Part shown: in pieces, positions 46,029 to 55,882 of the stretch
Layout of the letters: each line of letters starts with the position of its first letter
Numbering within the stretch: the stretch's first letter is position 1
Assembly (NCBI GenBank): GCA_934183155.1
Contig: CAKPSB010000006.1
Coordinates: forward strand, 25,097 to 89,096
Reading direction: 5' to 3'
Length of the DNA: 64,000 bases
DNA from: an uncultured Bacilli bacterium
GTDB taxonomy: Bacteria; Bacillota_I; Bacilli_A; RF39; UBA660
Position numbers and translations under genes: made by a program
The notes under the pieces: model-generated
What the model was told of the DNA's origin: nothing
Database searches by the model: none
What the model saw: the letters and a program-made list of their open reading frames with translations, nothing else

Positions 46029-47114
46029 TTATTTTTCTTTATGTTTTCGGTGCATATGAGCTTTGTCAACAACTATATCTGTTTTTAATACAAAGGTTAC
46101 AACAATTATGGTTAATACCGCATATATGACATAACCAACTTTTTGATCGTGTAGAACATATATAATTGATGCGGCTGCGAACAGTATATCAATAGCATAA
46201 ATAATAAGGACTGTTGTCTTGTGAGAAAAGTTTTTATTAAGTAATTGATGATGAAGATGTGATTTGTCTGGGTGGGAAATTTTTTCTCCTTTTAATAATC
46301 TTCTTATTATAGCAAATACTGTGTCTAATATTGGAATTGCTAGTATAAGTAGGGGAATTATTAATGATGTTAGAGTAACACTTTTAAATCCTAACAAAGC
46401 TATTACGGCTATCATAAATCCCATGAAAAGTGATCCTGAGTCTCCAGCAAAGATAGAGGCTGGATGGAAATTATGAACTAAAAAGCCTAAAACTGAACCA
46501 AGCATTATGAATGTTAGGACAAAATCTAAACCCATTTTACCCATGATAATTGATATTATTCCAATGGTTGCAAAATAAATAGCACTTATTCCGGCTGCTA
46601 GTCCATCTAATCCATCAATTAGATTTATGCAGTTTAGACATCCTAGGATGAAAAATATGGTTATTGGATAGGCAAATATTCCTAAGTCAATATATAAACC
46701 AAAGGCGGTTATATCTTGAATTAATAGCTTTCCGTAACAACTAACTACAATTGCCGCCATTAATTGAGCAGCAAATTTAACAGACGCTTTTAATGGCTTT
46801 ATATCGTCAATAGCTCCTGTTAAAACGATTATGAAACTTCCTATTAAAATGGAATTCATAGTACTACTTGGTTCTCCAAATAGCATATAGCCAAATAGAA
46901 ATCCTAAGAATATGGCAAGGCCACCTAATCTTGGCATTGGTTTATTGTGTACTTTTCTAGCATTTGGAATATCTAATGCTCCTACATGAATAGCTATTTT
47001 TTTTATAAATGGAACTAGGCATACAACAAATACAAATGTTGTCATAATCATAAGAAAGATTTTCATTATTTCATTTTGTCCCATAAAACTCACCTCTTGC
47101 ATTAATTTTATCAC
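46029..47114 (-). CDS. tagO: MraY/WecA-family polyprenyl-phosphate N-acetylhexosamine-1-phosphate transferase (TagO/TarO-like)
   Basis: 361 aa, 10-11 TMs. Motifs NLIDGLDGLA and the DD-containing cytoplasmic loop (GAIDDIKP). Confidence 0.7.
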   Translation of the reverse strand: MIKLMQEVSFMGQNEIMKIFLMIMTTFVFVVCLVPFIKKIAIHVGALDIPNARKVHNKPMPRLGGLAIFLGFLFGYMLFGEPSSTMNSILIGSFIIVLTGAIDDIKPLKASVKFAAQLMAAIVVSCYGKLLIQDITAFGLYIDLGIFAYPITIFFILGCLNCINLIDGLDGLAAGISAIYFATIGIISIIMGKMGLDFVLTFIMLGSVLGFLVHNFHPASIFAGDSGSLFMGFMIAVIALLGFKSVTLTSLIIPLLILAIPILDTVFAIIRRLLKGEKISHPDKSHLHHQLLNKNFSHKTTVLIIYAIDILFAAASIIYVLHDQKVGYVIYAVLTIIVVTFVLKTDIVVDKAHMHRKHKEK

Positions 47115-47117
47115 ATT

Positions 47118-47654
47118 TTAGTCAATATTACCATCTTCTTGTTTCAATTGGTAATTTATACTATATATTGCTATAATAATATATAAAATCATATATAGGA
47201 TAGGATTTTTAAAGGAAACTACGGAAGATATAGTTTTTACTAATAAAGTTGTTCCAGATAATGATGTTGTTACTATTATTAATGGTTTTGTAAAATTAAC
47301 TCCTATTATGCCAGCTATTAAGCCAGCAGTTAAGCCGATTATTACTCTTAATGATTCATCAATACCTATAGTTTGACATAAACTATATACAACTGTGGCA
47401 CATAAAGCAAATATACCAATTAAATATAATTTGTAAGATATAAAACCGGCTATTAGACCAATTATTATAGATATAGTTATATTCATCCATGGTTGTAGTA
47501 TATATGATGGTAAAAATTGCATACCAAATTTATACCCAATTATAAATCCAAATATTGATAAAATTGCTTTTGAAAAACGGTATCCAAAAAAGCAACTAAT
47601 AAAGCCTAATACCATGTCAATAATTTTTGTCATTTTTTGCCTCCTTTTTATCAT
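47118..47654 (-). CDS. Hypothetical polytopic membrane protein
   Basis: 178 aa, five hydrophobic helices, Gly-rich small-residue motifs. Family uncertain. Confidence 0.4.
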   Translation of the reverse strand: MIKRRQKMTKIIDMVLGFISCFFGYRFSKAILSIFGFIIGYKFGMQFLPSYILQPWMNITISIIIGLIAGFISYKLYLIGIFALCATVVYSLCQTIGIDESLRVIIGLTAGLIAGIIGVNFTKPLIIVTTSLSGTTLLVKTISSVVSFKNPILYMILYIIIAIYSINYQLKQEDGNID

Positions 47655-47675
47655 TATAGCACGAAAAAAGATGAA

Positions 47676-49091
47676 TTACTCATCTTCATAAAATGTTTTA
47701 TAAGCTTTATATGCATTATATATATCAAATTTACTTGTAATTTCATATGGTGAGTGCATAGACATAACGGGAATTCCACAGTCTATAACGTCTAAGCCTT
47801 TATTGGCTAGAATGTAGGCAATAGTTCCACCGCCACCGATTCCTATTTTTCCCATTTCACTGTTTTGATAAGCTATGTTATTTTTTTCGAATAGATTTCT
47901 AATATATCCGGTGTATTCAGCATTAGCGTCTGATGCACCACCTTTACTTGCTGAACCAGTATATTTTATTATTGAAATTCCATGACCAATATATGATTCG
48001 TTATTTTTTTCATAAATATTTGGAAAATTTGGATTATACGCTCCTGTTACATCTGCTGATAAAACTCTTGTATTATTAAATATTTCTTCTAATTTTCCTA
48101 TGGTATTTCCTATTGTTTTGTTTAATAGTTGATATAAAAAGTATTCAAATGTTCTTGAACACATTCCGGTATTTCCCACGCTACCAATTTCTTCTTTATC
48201 AGCAAGTAGGCATATACATGTCCTTTTTGGATTATTAATATTTAATAATGCGGTTAAAGAAGTATAGGAACAAGATCTATCATCTTGACCATATCCGGCG
48301 ATTAAGCTTTTATCTAGTCCAAGACTTTTTGCTTTTATGGCAGGTACAAACTCTAATTCACTACTGACAAAATCTCTTTCAACTATTCCATATTTTTTAT
48401 TTAATAAATCTAAAATGTTTAGTTTTATTTTTTCACTTATTTCTTCATCTGTTTCATAGGGAATACTTCCAAATAAAATATTTAAATCTTCTCCATCAAT
48501 TGCTTCTTCTAATTTCTTTTTGTTTTGGTTTGAAGAAAGGTGGGGTAATAGATCAGCTATTGTAAATATTGGATCATCATCATTTTCACCAATGTTAATA
48601 TTTATTTTTTCATTATTTTCTTTTATTATAACGCCGTGCATGCTTAGGGGAATATTTACCCATTGATATTTTTTTATTCCACCATAATAGTGAGTTTTTA
48701 ACATGGCTAATTCGCTTGATTCATATAATGGATTTGGTTTTAAGTCTAGTCTTGGACTATCAATATGAGCTCCAATTATATTAAAACCTTTTTCTAAATC
48801 TTCTTTTCCTATAACGGCGGCATATATATTTTTATTTCTATTAATATAATATATTTTGTCTCCTGCTTTTAAGTTTTCTGTTTCTTCAATGTTTTTGAAG
48901 CCTTTTTCTTTTAACTGTTCAACTATTTTTAGAACACATTCCCTTTCAGTTTTGGCTTCATTTATAAACTTAATATATTTATCACAAAATGCAAAAATTT
49001 TATCTTTTTCTTCTTTGTTTAAATCTTCCCAACCATTTTTGGATTTTTTAAATAATTTTTCTTTTAAATCTTTTGTTTGTGGTTTTTCCAT
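47676..49091 (-). CDS. M18-family aminopeptidase
   Basis: 471 aa. GAHIDSPRLDLKPNP and C-terminal GGGGTIAYILANKG...MHSPYE match the M18 aspartyl-aminopeptidase family. Confidence 0.75.
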   Translation of the reverse strand: MEKPQTKDLKEKLFKKSKNGWEDLNKEEKDKIFAFCDKYIKFINEAKTERECVLKIVEQLKEKGFKNIEETENLKAGDKIYYINRNKNIYAAVIGKEDLEKGFNIIGAHIDSPRLDLKPNPLYESSELAMLKTHYYGGIKKYQWVNIPLSMHGVIIKENNEKININIGENDDDPIFTIADLLPHLSSNQNKKKLEEAIDGEDLNILFGSIPYETDEEISEKIKLNILDLLNKKYGIVERDFVSSELEFVPAIKAKSLGLDKSLIAGYGQDDRSCSYTSLTALLNINNPKRTCICLLADKEEIGSVGNTGMCSRTFEYFLYQLLNKTIGNTIGKLEEIFNNTRVLSADVTGAYNPNFPNIYEKNNESYIGHGISIIKYTGSASKGGASDANAEYTGYIRNLFEKNNIAYQNSEMGKIGIGGGGTIAYILANKGLDVIDCGIPVMSMHSPYEITSKFDIYNAYKAYKTFYEDE

Positions 49092-49121
49092 ATTTAGCCT
49101 CTTTTCTAATTATATTATGGA

Positions 49122-50129
49122 CTAATAATTTTTATTTAAACCACTTTCTAGTAGTGGAATATTTTCTAACAATATTCCTGTTCCTTCAACCACACAGGTA
49201 AGTGGACTTTCCGCTACAAATACAGGAACTTTTAATTCATGTGATAATAATTTATCAATTCCGTCCAAAAGTGCTCCTCCACCAGTTATTACTATGCCTT
49301 TGTCAATAATATCGGCAGATAACTCTGGAGGTGTTTGTTCTAAAACTGATTTTGCTGTATTAACAATAACGTAGGCACTTTCTCTTAAAGCTTCTTCTAC
49401 TTCTTCTGAGGTTAAAGTTATGGTGTGGGGAAGTCCTGTTACTAAATCTCTTCCTCTAACTTCCATTTTCTCTTCTTTTGAACCTGGAAAAACTGTTCCA
49501 ATTTGAAATTTAATTTCTTCGGCTGTTCTATCACCAACTAATAATTTATATTTTTCTCTAATATATTTTATTATATCATTATCAAAAACATTACCAGCTA
49601 TTTTTATTGATGAAGAGGTTACTATTCCACCTAATGACAACACCGCTACATCCGTTGTTCCACCACCAATATCAATTACCATATTTCCACTTGGTTTAGA
49701 TATATCCATTCCAGCACCAACAGCAGCTACTTTTGGTTCTTCTTCTAGATAAACTTTTCTTGCTCCAGTTTTTTCAGCAGCTTCTCTTATGGCATTTTTT
49801 TCAACTTGTGTAATATTTGATGGACAGCAAATTAATATTCTTGGTCTACCAAAAAAACTCTTACCATTTACTTTTCTTATAAAGTTATTAAGCATTATTT
49901 CGGTTATTTCAAAGTCTGCGATTACACCATCTTTCATTGGTCTTATGGCTTTTACTTGTCCTGGCGTACGTCCTAACATTTCTTTAGCGGTTGCACCAAC
50001 AGCTACTGGTCTTTTTGTCTCTTCATCTATGGCTACTACGCTAGGTTCATTTAGAACAATTCCTTGACCTTTAATATAAATAAGAACGTTAGCTGTTCCT
50101 AAGTCTATTCCTATATCTTTTGAAAACAT
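49122..50129 (-). CDS. mreB: Actin-like rod-shape protein MreB/Mbl paralog
   Basis: MFSKDIGIDLGTANVLIY...DIGGGTTDVAVLS...GIVITGGGALL. No mreC/mreD adjacent, so Mbl/MreBH-like. Confidence 0.9.
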   Translation of the reverse strand: MFSKDIGIDLGTANVLIYIKGQGIVLNEPSVVAIDEETKRPVAVGATAKEMLGRTPGQVKAIRPMKDGVIADFEITEIMLNNFIRKVNGKSFFGRPRILICCPSNITQVEKNAIREAAEKTGARKVYLEEEPKVAAVGAGMDISKPSGNMVIDIGGGTTDVAVLSLGGIVTSSSIKIAGNVFDNDIIKYIREKYKLLVGDRTAEEIKFQIGTVFPGSKEEKMEVRGRDLVTGLPHTITLTSEEVEEALRESAYVIVNTAKSVLEQTPPELSADIIDKGIVITGGGALLDGIDKLLSHELKVPVFVAESPLTCVVEGTGILLENIPLLESGLNKNY

Positions 50130-50198
50130 TTTATCACCCTTTTTCTTTAATCATTATATCACAGTGCAAAGTTTATTCGCAACTACATATTCATAATT

Positions 50199-51071
50199 TT
50201 AATGTCTATAGTAGTGTGTTTTATTTATGTATTTTTTTCTTTTTTTGTTTTTTATCATTAATATTATAATTAGTATAATAATAGGTGAGGCAAGTATTAA
50301 TATTCCGATAGTTGCGCCAACAATATCGGTTAAAATGCCGCTTTTTGAATAATTTATATAGTAATTTTGTGTATTTCCATTTTCAGCGGTCATTATTATT
50401 GTTATTTTACCAGTACCACTTTTTAAATTATTGTTATTTTCAATTGTTACTTTTGCTTTTTTATCTTCAGGTGAAACATTTATATTTAAATTTTTTCTAT
50501 TTGAAGTGATAAAAATGCCACTTATTTCATTGTTTTGAAATACATATTGTTTGCCATCTATCATTATTTTTCTTATGTTATTGTTTGATGATAATATTTT
50601 TTTTCTTATGATATCTAGTTCATAAGTTTTTTTCATACCACCTGGGGTTGTTAGTTTGATGTTTATTTTATTATGACCTATAGTTAAATTTTTTACTTTT
50701 TCATATTCGACTTTTGAATAATTATATGTTGGTATTACAGCTATTGTAGCGGTTGTGTCGTAAGTTTGAAAAACCATTTTGTCTTTAAGTTGAACACTGC
50801 TGGTATTTACTGTGACACTTTTTAGTGTGGTGTTATTGTATTCGGCACATGGATCAGTGTAGATAGGGTCTCCTGTGGCAATATATTCTTCGCCATTTTG
50901 AATGGCTTTATGATAGTGATTATTATGATACCCATAGATATTTCCATCACATGATTTAATACTATTTGAATAAAGCGGTCCCTCGTCTGCTTTAACAATA
51001 TTTAAATTAATAATAGAACATAATAATAGTATAATAATGTATTTGCTTTTTTTCATACCAACCAACTCCAC
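50199..51071 (-). CDS. Hypothetical secreted protein with C-terminal membrane anchor
   Basis: 290 aa. Signal peptide, Asn/Thr-rich body, C-terminal TM (IVGATIGILILASPIIILIIILMI) plus polybasic tail. Confidence 0.4.
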   Translation of the reverse strand: MELVGMKKSKYIIILLLCSIINLNIVKADEGPLYSNSIKSCDGNIYGYHNNHYHKAIQNGEEYIATGDPIYTDPCAEYNNTTLKSVTVNTSSVQLKDKMVFQTYDTTATIAVIPTYNYSKVEYEKVKNLTIGHNKINIKLTTPGGMKKTYELDIIRKKILSSNNNIRKIMIDGKQYVFQNNEISGIFITSNRKNLNINVSPEDKKAKVTIENNNNLKSGTGKITIIMTAENGNTQNYYINYSKSGILTDIVGATIGILILASPIIILIIILMIKNKKRKKYINKTHYYRH

Positions 51072-51150
51072 CTTAAAAATTTAACACTATATAATAGTAT
51101 ACAGCAAGAATATATTAATATCAAAAAAAATTGATTTTTTTATCAATTTT

Positions 51151-52770
51151 TTAATTGTCCATATAATTCATTATTTTTGGAACAATTTGTTTTTTGCGAG
51201 AAACAAGGCCTTCGAAGAAATAACCTTCTTCTAAATTTTCGATGCCAAATGATTTAGCAAATATTTCTTTACTATTTTCGTTAAAGAAGATATATGAGCC
51301 ATTTTTTAATATATCAGTTACAAATAGGGCAATGGCTGTGTAATCTTCTTCAGAAGCATCCTCATTTAATTGGTTAATAAACTCTTTTTGCTTACTTAGT
51401 ATTTCGTCTGTTGACATGGTTGAAACTTGGCCAATACCAACTTTTTGATTATCAACCATAAAGTTTTTAAAGTCACCACGAATAATTTCTGAAATACTTT
51501 TTCCTTTTATTGATGAACCTGCTTTAAACATTTCCATTCCATATTCTTTATAGTCTACTTTGGCGATTTTGCTAAGCTCTTTTAGAGCTTTTTTGTCTAT
51601 ATCGGTAGTTGTTGGAGAAGAAAGTAATAGGGTATCAGAAATGATTCCTGACATCATTAATCCTGCTATTTTTCTTGGAATTTCAATGTTGTTTTCTTTA
51701 TACATTAGGTAAAGTATTGTTTCAGTACATCCTAATGGCATATTTCTAAAGTTTATTGGCATAGTTGTGCCAATGTTACCAATTTTGTGATGGTCAACTA
51801 TTTCAATAATATCGGCCTCGTCTAGACCTATAACGCTTTGTTCTTTTTCATTATGATCAACAAGCATTACTTGTTTTGGGTGTCTAGAGTAAGCTGTACT
51901 TACTCTAAATACTCCTAGGCAATTATTCTCATTATCTAAAACTGGGTAGTTGCTGTATTTTTTCTTGTTTGCTAGTTCTAATACTTCTGATAATGGATCA
52001 TTTTCATTTATAGTTATGATGCTTTTTGTTTCTAGTTTGGTTTTAACAAAGTTACTTAAGACAACTAAATTAGAAGCTATTAAGGTATTGTAATCTGTGC
52101 TTATAACATCAACATGATTTTTTTTGGCTATTTTTAAGTGTTCTTCTTTCATTTTTACACCATTTGTTAATATTATAATAGATGCACTATTTTCAACGGC
52201 ATATTCGATTATGCTGTGCCTATCACCAACAATCAAAACGCTTTCTTTGTTTATTTCTACTTTTTCTTTGAAGGTTGTTGATCTATATCCAGCTGTTATT
52301 ATATTTCCTTTGATTTCTTTGTCGAATCTTAAAATCTCTTTTCCGTTTAAGGCTTCAAGTAAGTTATCATATGAAGTATCTAGTTTGTTTAAATTTCCTT
52401 CGATTAGGTTGCTTAAGGCTGTTTTCATTGAAATTGTTCCCAAATATTTTCCTTTCGAATTAATAACAGGTATGGTACTTATTTTTGTTTCATTCATATA
52501 TTTGTAGCCATCAAATATTGAATTATTTTCCTTTAAGAAACAATTTTTCGTATAGTCAACGTCTTTTATTTGAAGTCTAACGTCATTTAAAAATTTTGGT
52601 GTCTCTACTTTAAAATAATCTAATACAAATTTTGTTTCATTGTTAATGTTTCCAAGAATCCTTGGCTCACTGTTCATGCCTAATTTGTTTTTTAAATATG
52701 AAAGTACGATTGCTGATGTTACTGTATCAGTATCAGGTTTTTGATGTCCAAAAACTAAAATTTTTTCCAA
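51151..52770 (-). CDS. ppaC: CBS-domain-containing family II inorganic pyrophosphatase (DHH-CBS-DRTGG-DHHA2)
   Basis: 539 aa. N-terminal DHH (KILVFGHQKPDTDTV). CBS pair inserted. Conserved MLVDHNE, DHH (VDHH), C-terminal DHHA2 with GxGxxST-like motif. Confidence 0.8.
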   Translation of the reverse strand: MEKILVFGHQKPDTDTVTSAIVLSYLKNKLGMNSEPRILGNINNETKFVLDYFKVETPKFLNDVRLQIKDVDYTKNCFLKENNSIFDGYKYMNETKISTIPVINSKGKYLGTISMKTALSNLIEGNLNKLDTSYDNLLEALNGKEILRFDKEIKGNIITAGYRSTTFKEKVEINKESVLIVGDRHSIIEYAVENSASIIILTNGVKMKEEHLKIAKKNHVDVISTDYNTLIASNLVVLSNFVKTKLETKSIITINENDPLSEVLELANKKKYSNYPVLDNENNCLGVFRVSTAYSRHPKQVMLVDHNEKEQSVIGLDEADIIEIVDHHKIGNIGTTMPINFRNMPLGCTETILYLMYKENNIEIPRKIAGLMMSGIISDTLLLSSPTTTDIDKKALKELSKIAKVDYKEYGMEMFKAGSSIKGKSISEIIRGDFKNFMVDNQKVGIGQVSTMSTDEILSKQKEFINQLNEDASEEDYTAIALFVTDILKNGSYIFFNENSKEIFAKSFGIENLEEGYFFEGLVSRKKQIVPKIMNYMDN

Positions 52771-52877
52771 TTTGATTCCTCCTCAATTAAACGCTATTAA
52801 TTATAACACGATTTTCTTTTGTTTTAAAGTATAATTATATGTTTTTCAAACACAATATATGTTAGATGGAGGTTATT

Positions 52878-53381
52878 ATGAGACATATTGGTTTTATCAG
52901 ACGAATAGATGAACTTGGTAGAATTGTTATTCCAAAAGAAATTAGAAAAAATTTAAGAATTAAAAGTGGTGATAATTTAGAAATTGGGGTTAATGATGAT
53001 AAGATTGTTTTAGAAAAGTATTCTGAAATTAAAAATTTTATGAAGTTTTGCAATAAATATGCTCCTATTTTGAGTAATAGCTTAAAATGTGTTGTCTTAA
53101 TTTGTGATACTGATGGTGTTTTAGCAACCTATGGTGGAATGAAAAACTGTATTGGAAAGAGAATAAATAGCGAATTTTTTAATAAAAGAGAGCTTTTGTT
53201 TTCTAACGAAGTAACTTTCGAAGATTATAAAGTTATTGGTAATTTTATTGTTAGTCCGATTATATCTGAGGGTGATGTTATTGGCTTTTTAGTTGCATAT
53301 AGGGAAGAGGCTTTTTTTACTTATAGTGAAAACATGATAAAACTATTCACACAAATTTTGGGTAAATATGTTGAAAACTAA
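52878..53381 (+). CDS. spoVT: Stage V sporulation protein T-like regulator (AbrB-type N-domain + GAF-like C-domain)
   Basis: Start re-set to ATG 52878 (GGAGG RBS, 6-nt spacer). MRHIGFIRRIDELGRIVIPKEIRKNLRIKSGDNLEI matches the SpoVT/AbrB swapped-hairpin domain. 167 aa total, unlike 96-aa AbrB. Confidence 0.75.
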   Translation: MRHIGFIRRIDELGRIVIPKEIRKNLRIKSGDNLEIGVNDDKIVLEKYSEIKNFMKFCNKYAPILSNSLKCVVLICDTDGVLATYGGMKNCIGKRINSEFFNKRELLFSNEVTFEDYKVIGNFIVSPIISEGDVIGFLVAYREEAFFTYSENMIKLFTQILGKYVEN

Positions 53382-53399
53382 CATTTAAAATGTTATAAT

Positions 53400-53612
53400 T
53401 GCTTGGAAAAGCGATGAAGGAAAGAATAGTAGGAATCTTTTTAGAGAGTCTATGGCTGGTGAAAATGGGCAAGTGAACTACTTTAAATGGCTCTGGAGCT
53501 GTTTAGCTGAATAAGCTAGAACGTATACACACGTTATGTGTTTAAGGTAAGTTGTCTTACAAATTAAGGTGGTACCACGTTTTAAACGTCCTTATATATT
53601 AAGGATGTTTTT
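53400..53612 (+). promoter_or_regulatory. T-box riboswitch leader (Met specifier) controlling metG
   Basis: Stem I AGAGAG element with AUG in specifier position (AGAGAGTCTATGGCT). Conserved T-box AAATTAAGGTGGTACCACG (53563-53581). Terminator ACGTCCTTA-TATAT-TAAGGATGT plus TTTTTT (53586-53613). Confidence 0.75.
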
Positions 53613-53629
53613 TGTTAGGAGGGATAGGT

Positions 53630-55195
53630 ATGAAACCAAAATTTTATATAACTACATCTATTTTTTATGCATCTGCGAAACCACATATAGGAAATACTTA
53701 TGAAGGTGTTTTAACAGATGCTATCGCAAGATATAAAAGATTGATGGGATTTGATGTTAGATTTCACACTGGATGTGATGAACATGGGGAAAAAGTAGAA
53801 TCAAAAGCTTTAGCGGCTAATAAAAGTCCACAAGAGTATGTTGACGAAATATCGCTTGAGGTTAAAAGAATTGATGATTTGCTTAATATAAGTTATGACA
53901 AGTTTGTTCGAACTACTGATTTAAATCATAAAGAAGTGGTGGCTAAAATATTTAAAAAACTTTATGATAAGGGAGATATTTATAAAGGAAAATATGAAGG
54001 CCTTTATTGTACACCTTGTGAGTCATTTTTTACGGAAAAAGATTTAGTTGGTGGTAAATGTCCTGATTGTGGAAGGGAAGTTCATAAAACTGAAGAAGAA
54101 GCTTACTTCTTAAAATTGAGTAAATATAATAAATGGCTTGAAGAATATATAGAAAATCATCCTGATTTTATTAAACCAGAAAGCAGAAAAAACGAAATTG
54201 TTAATAATTTTATTAAACCTGGTGTACAAGATTTATGTGTTTCAAGGACATCTTTTGACTGGGGAATTAAAGTTCCGTTTGATGAGAAACACGTTGTTTA
54301 TGTATGGCTTGATGCATTGGTTAACTATATAACTTTTGTTGGATATGATCCTGATAATGAAAGTGAAGAGTTTAATCATTACTGGCCTGCGGATGTACAC
54401 ATAATAGGAAAAGATATTCTTAGATTTCACACGATTTACTGGCCTGTGATATTGAAAGCGTTGGATTTACCTATGCCTAAATGTGTTTTTGGTCATCCTT
54501 GGGTTCTTTCTTCTGATAGTGATAAAATGAGTAAATCTAAGGGAAATGTTTTATATGCAGATGATTTAGTTCATTTATTTGGCTGTGATGCAATTCGTTA
54601 TTATGTTTTACATGAAATTCCTTATGGACATGATGGAAATATTGGTTATGAATTAATTATTGATAGAGTAAATTCTGATTTAGCTAATACTTTAGGAAAT
54701 CTTGTTAATAGAACAATAAGTATGAGTCATAAATATTTTAATGGCGTTGTTTTTAAACCTAGTGAAATAAATGATATTGACAAAGGTTTAATTGAAATGG
54801 CAACTAGCCTAGGTGATAGAATTGAAAGCAAAATGAAAGAATTAAAAATTGCGGATGCTTTAGAAGAAATAATTGATTTGTTTAGGCAATGTAATAAGTA
54901 TATTGATGAAACTACTCCTTGGATTTTAGCAAAAGATAAAAGTCAAGAAAAAAGATTACAAACTGTTTTATATAATTTATTAGAGTGTATTAGAATTGCT
55001 GCTGTTTATTTACAAGCTTTTTTACCTCAGACAGCTGATAAAATATTTGAACAGTTAAATACTCAAAATAGGAAACCCGAAAGTACTAAAGATTTTAATG
55101 GTATGGATGATGGTATTATATTAAACAAACCGGAAATTTTATTTACTAGAATAGATAAAGCCGAGTTTTCTTCAAAGATGAAAGCTAATGATTAG
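53630..55195 (+). CDS. metG: Methionyl-tRNA synthetase (short form, no C-terminal tRNA-binding extension)
   Basis: Start ATG 53630 after GGAGGG. HIGN(T) variant of HIGH, knuckles with CPDCG zinc motif, KMSKS. About 521 aa. Confidence 0.95.
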   Translation: MKPKFYITTSIFYASAKPHIGNTYEGVLTDAIARYKRLMGFDVRFHTGCDEHGEKVESKALAANKSPQEYVDEISLEVKRIDDLLNISYDKFVRTTDLNHKEVVAKIFKKLYDKGDIYKGKYEGLYCTPCESFFTEKDLVGGKCPDCGREVHKTEEEAYFLKLSKYNKWLEEYIENHPDFIKPESRKNEIVNNFIKPGVQDLCVSRTSFDWGIKVPFDEKHVVYVWLDALVNYITFVGYDPDNESEEFNHYWPADVHIIGKDILRFHTIYWPVILKALDLPMPKCVFGHPWVLSSDSDKMSKSKGNVLYADDLVHLFGCDAIRYYVLHEIPYGHDGNIGYELIIDRVNSDLANTLGNLVNRTISMSHKYFNGVVFKPSEINDIDKGLIEMATSLGDRIESKMKELKIADALEEIIDLFRQCNKYIDETTPWILAKDKSQEKRLQTVLYNLLECIRIAAVYLQAFLPQTADKIFEQLNTQNRKPESTKDFNGMDDGIILNKPEILFTRIDKAEFSSKMKAND

Positions 55196-55210
55196 CTTTC
55201 TTTTTTTGTC
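55180..55210 (+). terminator. Terminator overlapping metG stop
   Basis: AAAGCTAAT-g-ATTAGCTTT palindrome followed by CTTTTTTTG. Confidence 0.5.
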
Positions 55211-55309
55211 AATTTGTTGTAAATTGTCGATGATTTTTGATTGCTTTTATTATATTAATCGTGTTATTCTTATAGTGGACGAATTAATAAAACAAGAGAG
55301 GAAAAAATC

Positions 55310-55474
55310 ATGAACCATAAAAGCATTAGTGGAATTGGTGTGATGTTTGTTTTAATAATTTTTTACTTAACTATGAATGTTATAGAAAAATTTAATTTTT
55401 TAGATTTTTGTTACCTTTTATTTATAGTTGGCTGTTATGTCAAACTTATTTTTATTAGAAAAGAGCAAAATTAA
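55310..55474 (+). CDS. Putative small membrane peptide (54 aa)
   Basis: GAGAGGAAAAAATC-ATG. MNHKSISGIGVMFVLIIFYLTMNVIEKFNFLDFCYLLFIVGCYVKLIFIRKEQN. Not in the ORF track (<60 aa). Confidence 0.3.
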   Translation: MNHKSISGIGVMFVLIIFYLTMNVIEKFNFLDFCYLLFIVGCYVKLIFIRKEQN

Positions 55475-55479
55475 AGAGA

Positions 55480-55740
55480 TTAATTTTTTAAATTATTAAT
55501 CTCTTTTTCTATGGCTTTAAGTATTTTTTCTAATAAATATATTGTATTTTCTTTATCGCTTTTACTTCCTTTTTCTTCTTTTAGTTGAACAAAATAAGCA
55601 TTTGTACAAAGCATCTGGGCTATTAACATAAGCCAGTTACCAAGGGCATTTTGTTCATTTGCGGTTGTGTCATCTAAAAGGAGATACCCTATGGCAACAG
55701 CACTTAACGTAGACATTTTTGGAGGAAATTTTGAAAACAA
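55480..55740 (-). CDS. Hypothetical protein (TTG start)
   Basis: 86 aa, AGGAGA RBS 7 nt before TTG. No family recognised. Occupies a slot where metG and tatD are adjacent in B. subtilis. Confidence 0.3.
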   Translation of the reverse strand: MFSKFPPKMSTLSAVAIGYLLLDDTTANEQNALGNWLMLIAQMLCTNAYFVQLKEEKGSKSDKENTIYLLEKILKAIEKEINNLKN

Positions 55741-55882
55741 ACTAAGTCTCCTTTTTATAAGTATATTTTATTTTATTATATTAAATTACTTATTTATTAT
55801 AATTTTTTTTAATTTGATGATTATCTTTATATTCGCAATATTAATCAGATAATGTTATAATTTTATTGGGGATGTGATTTTT

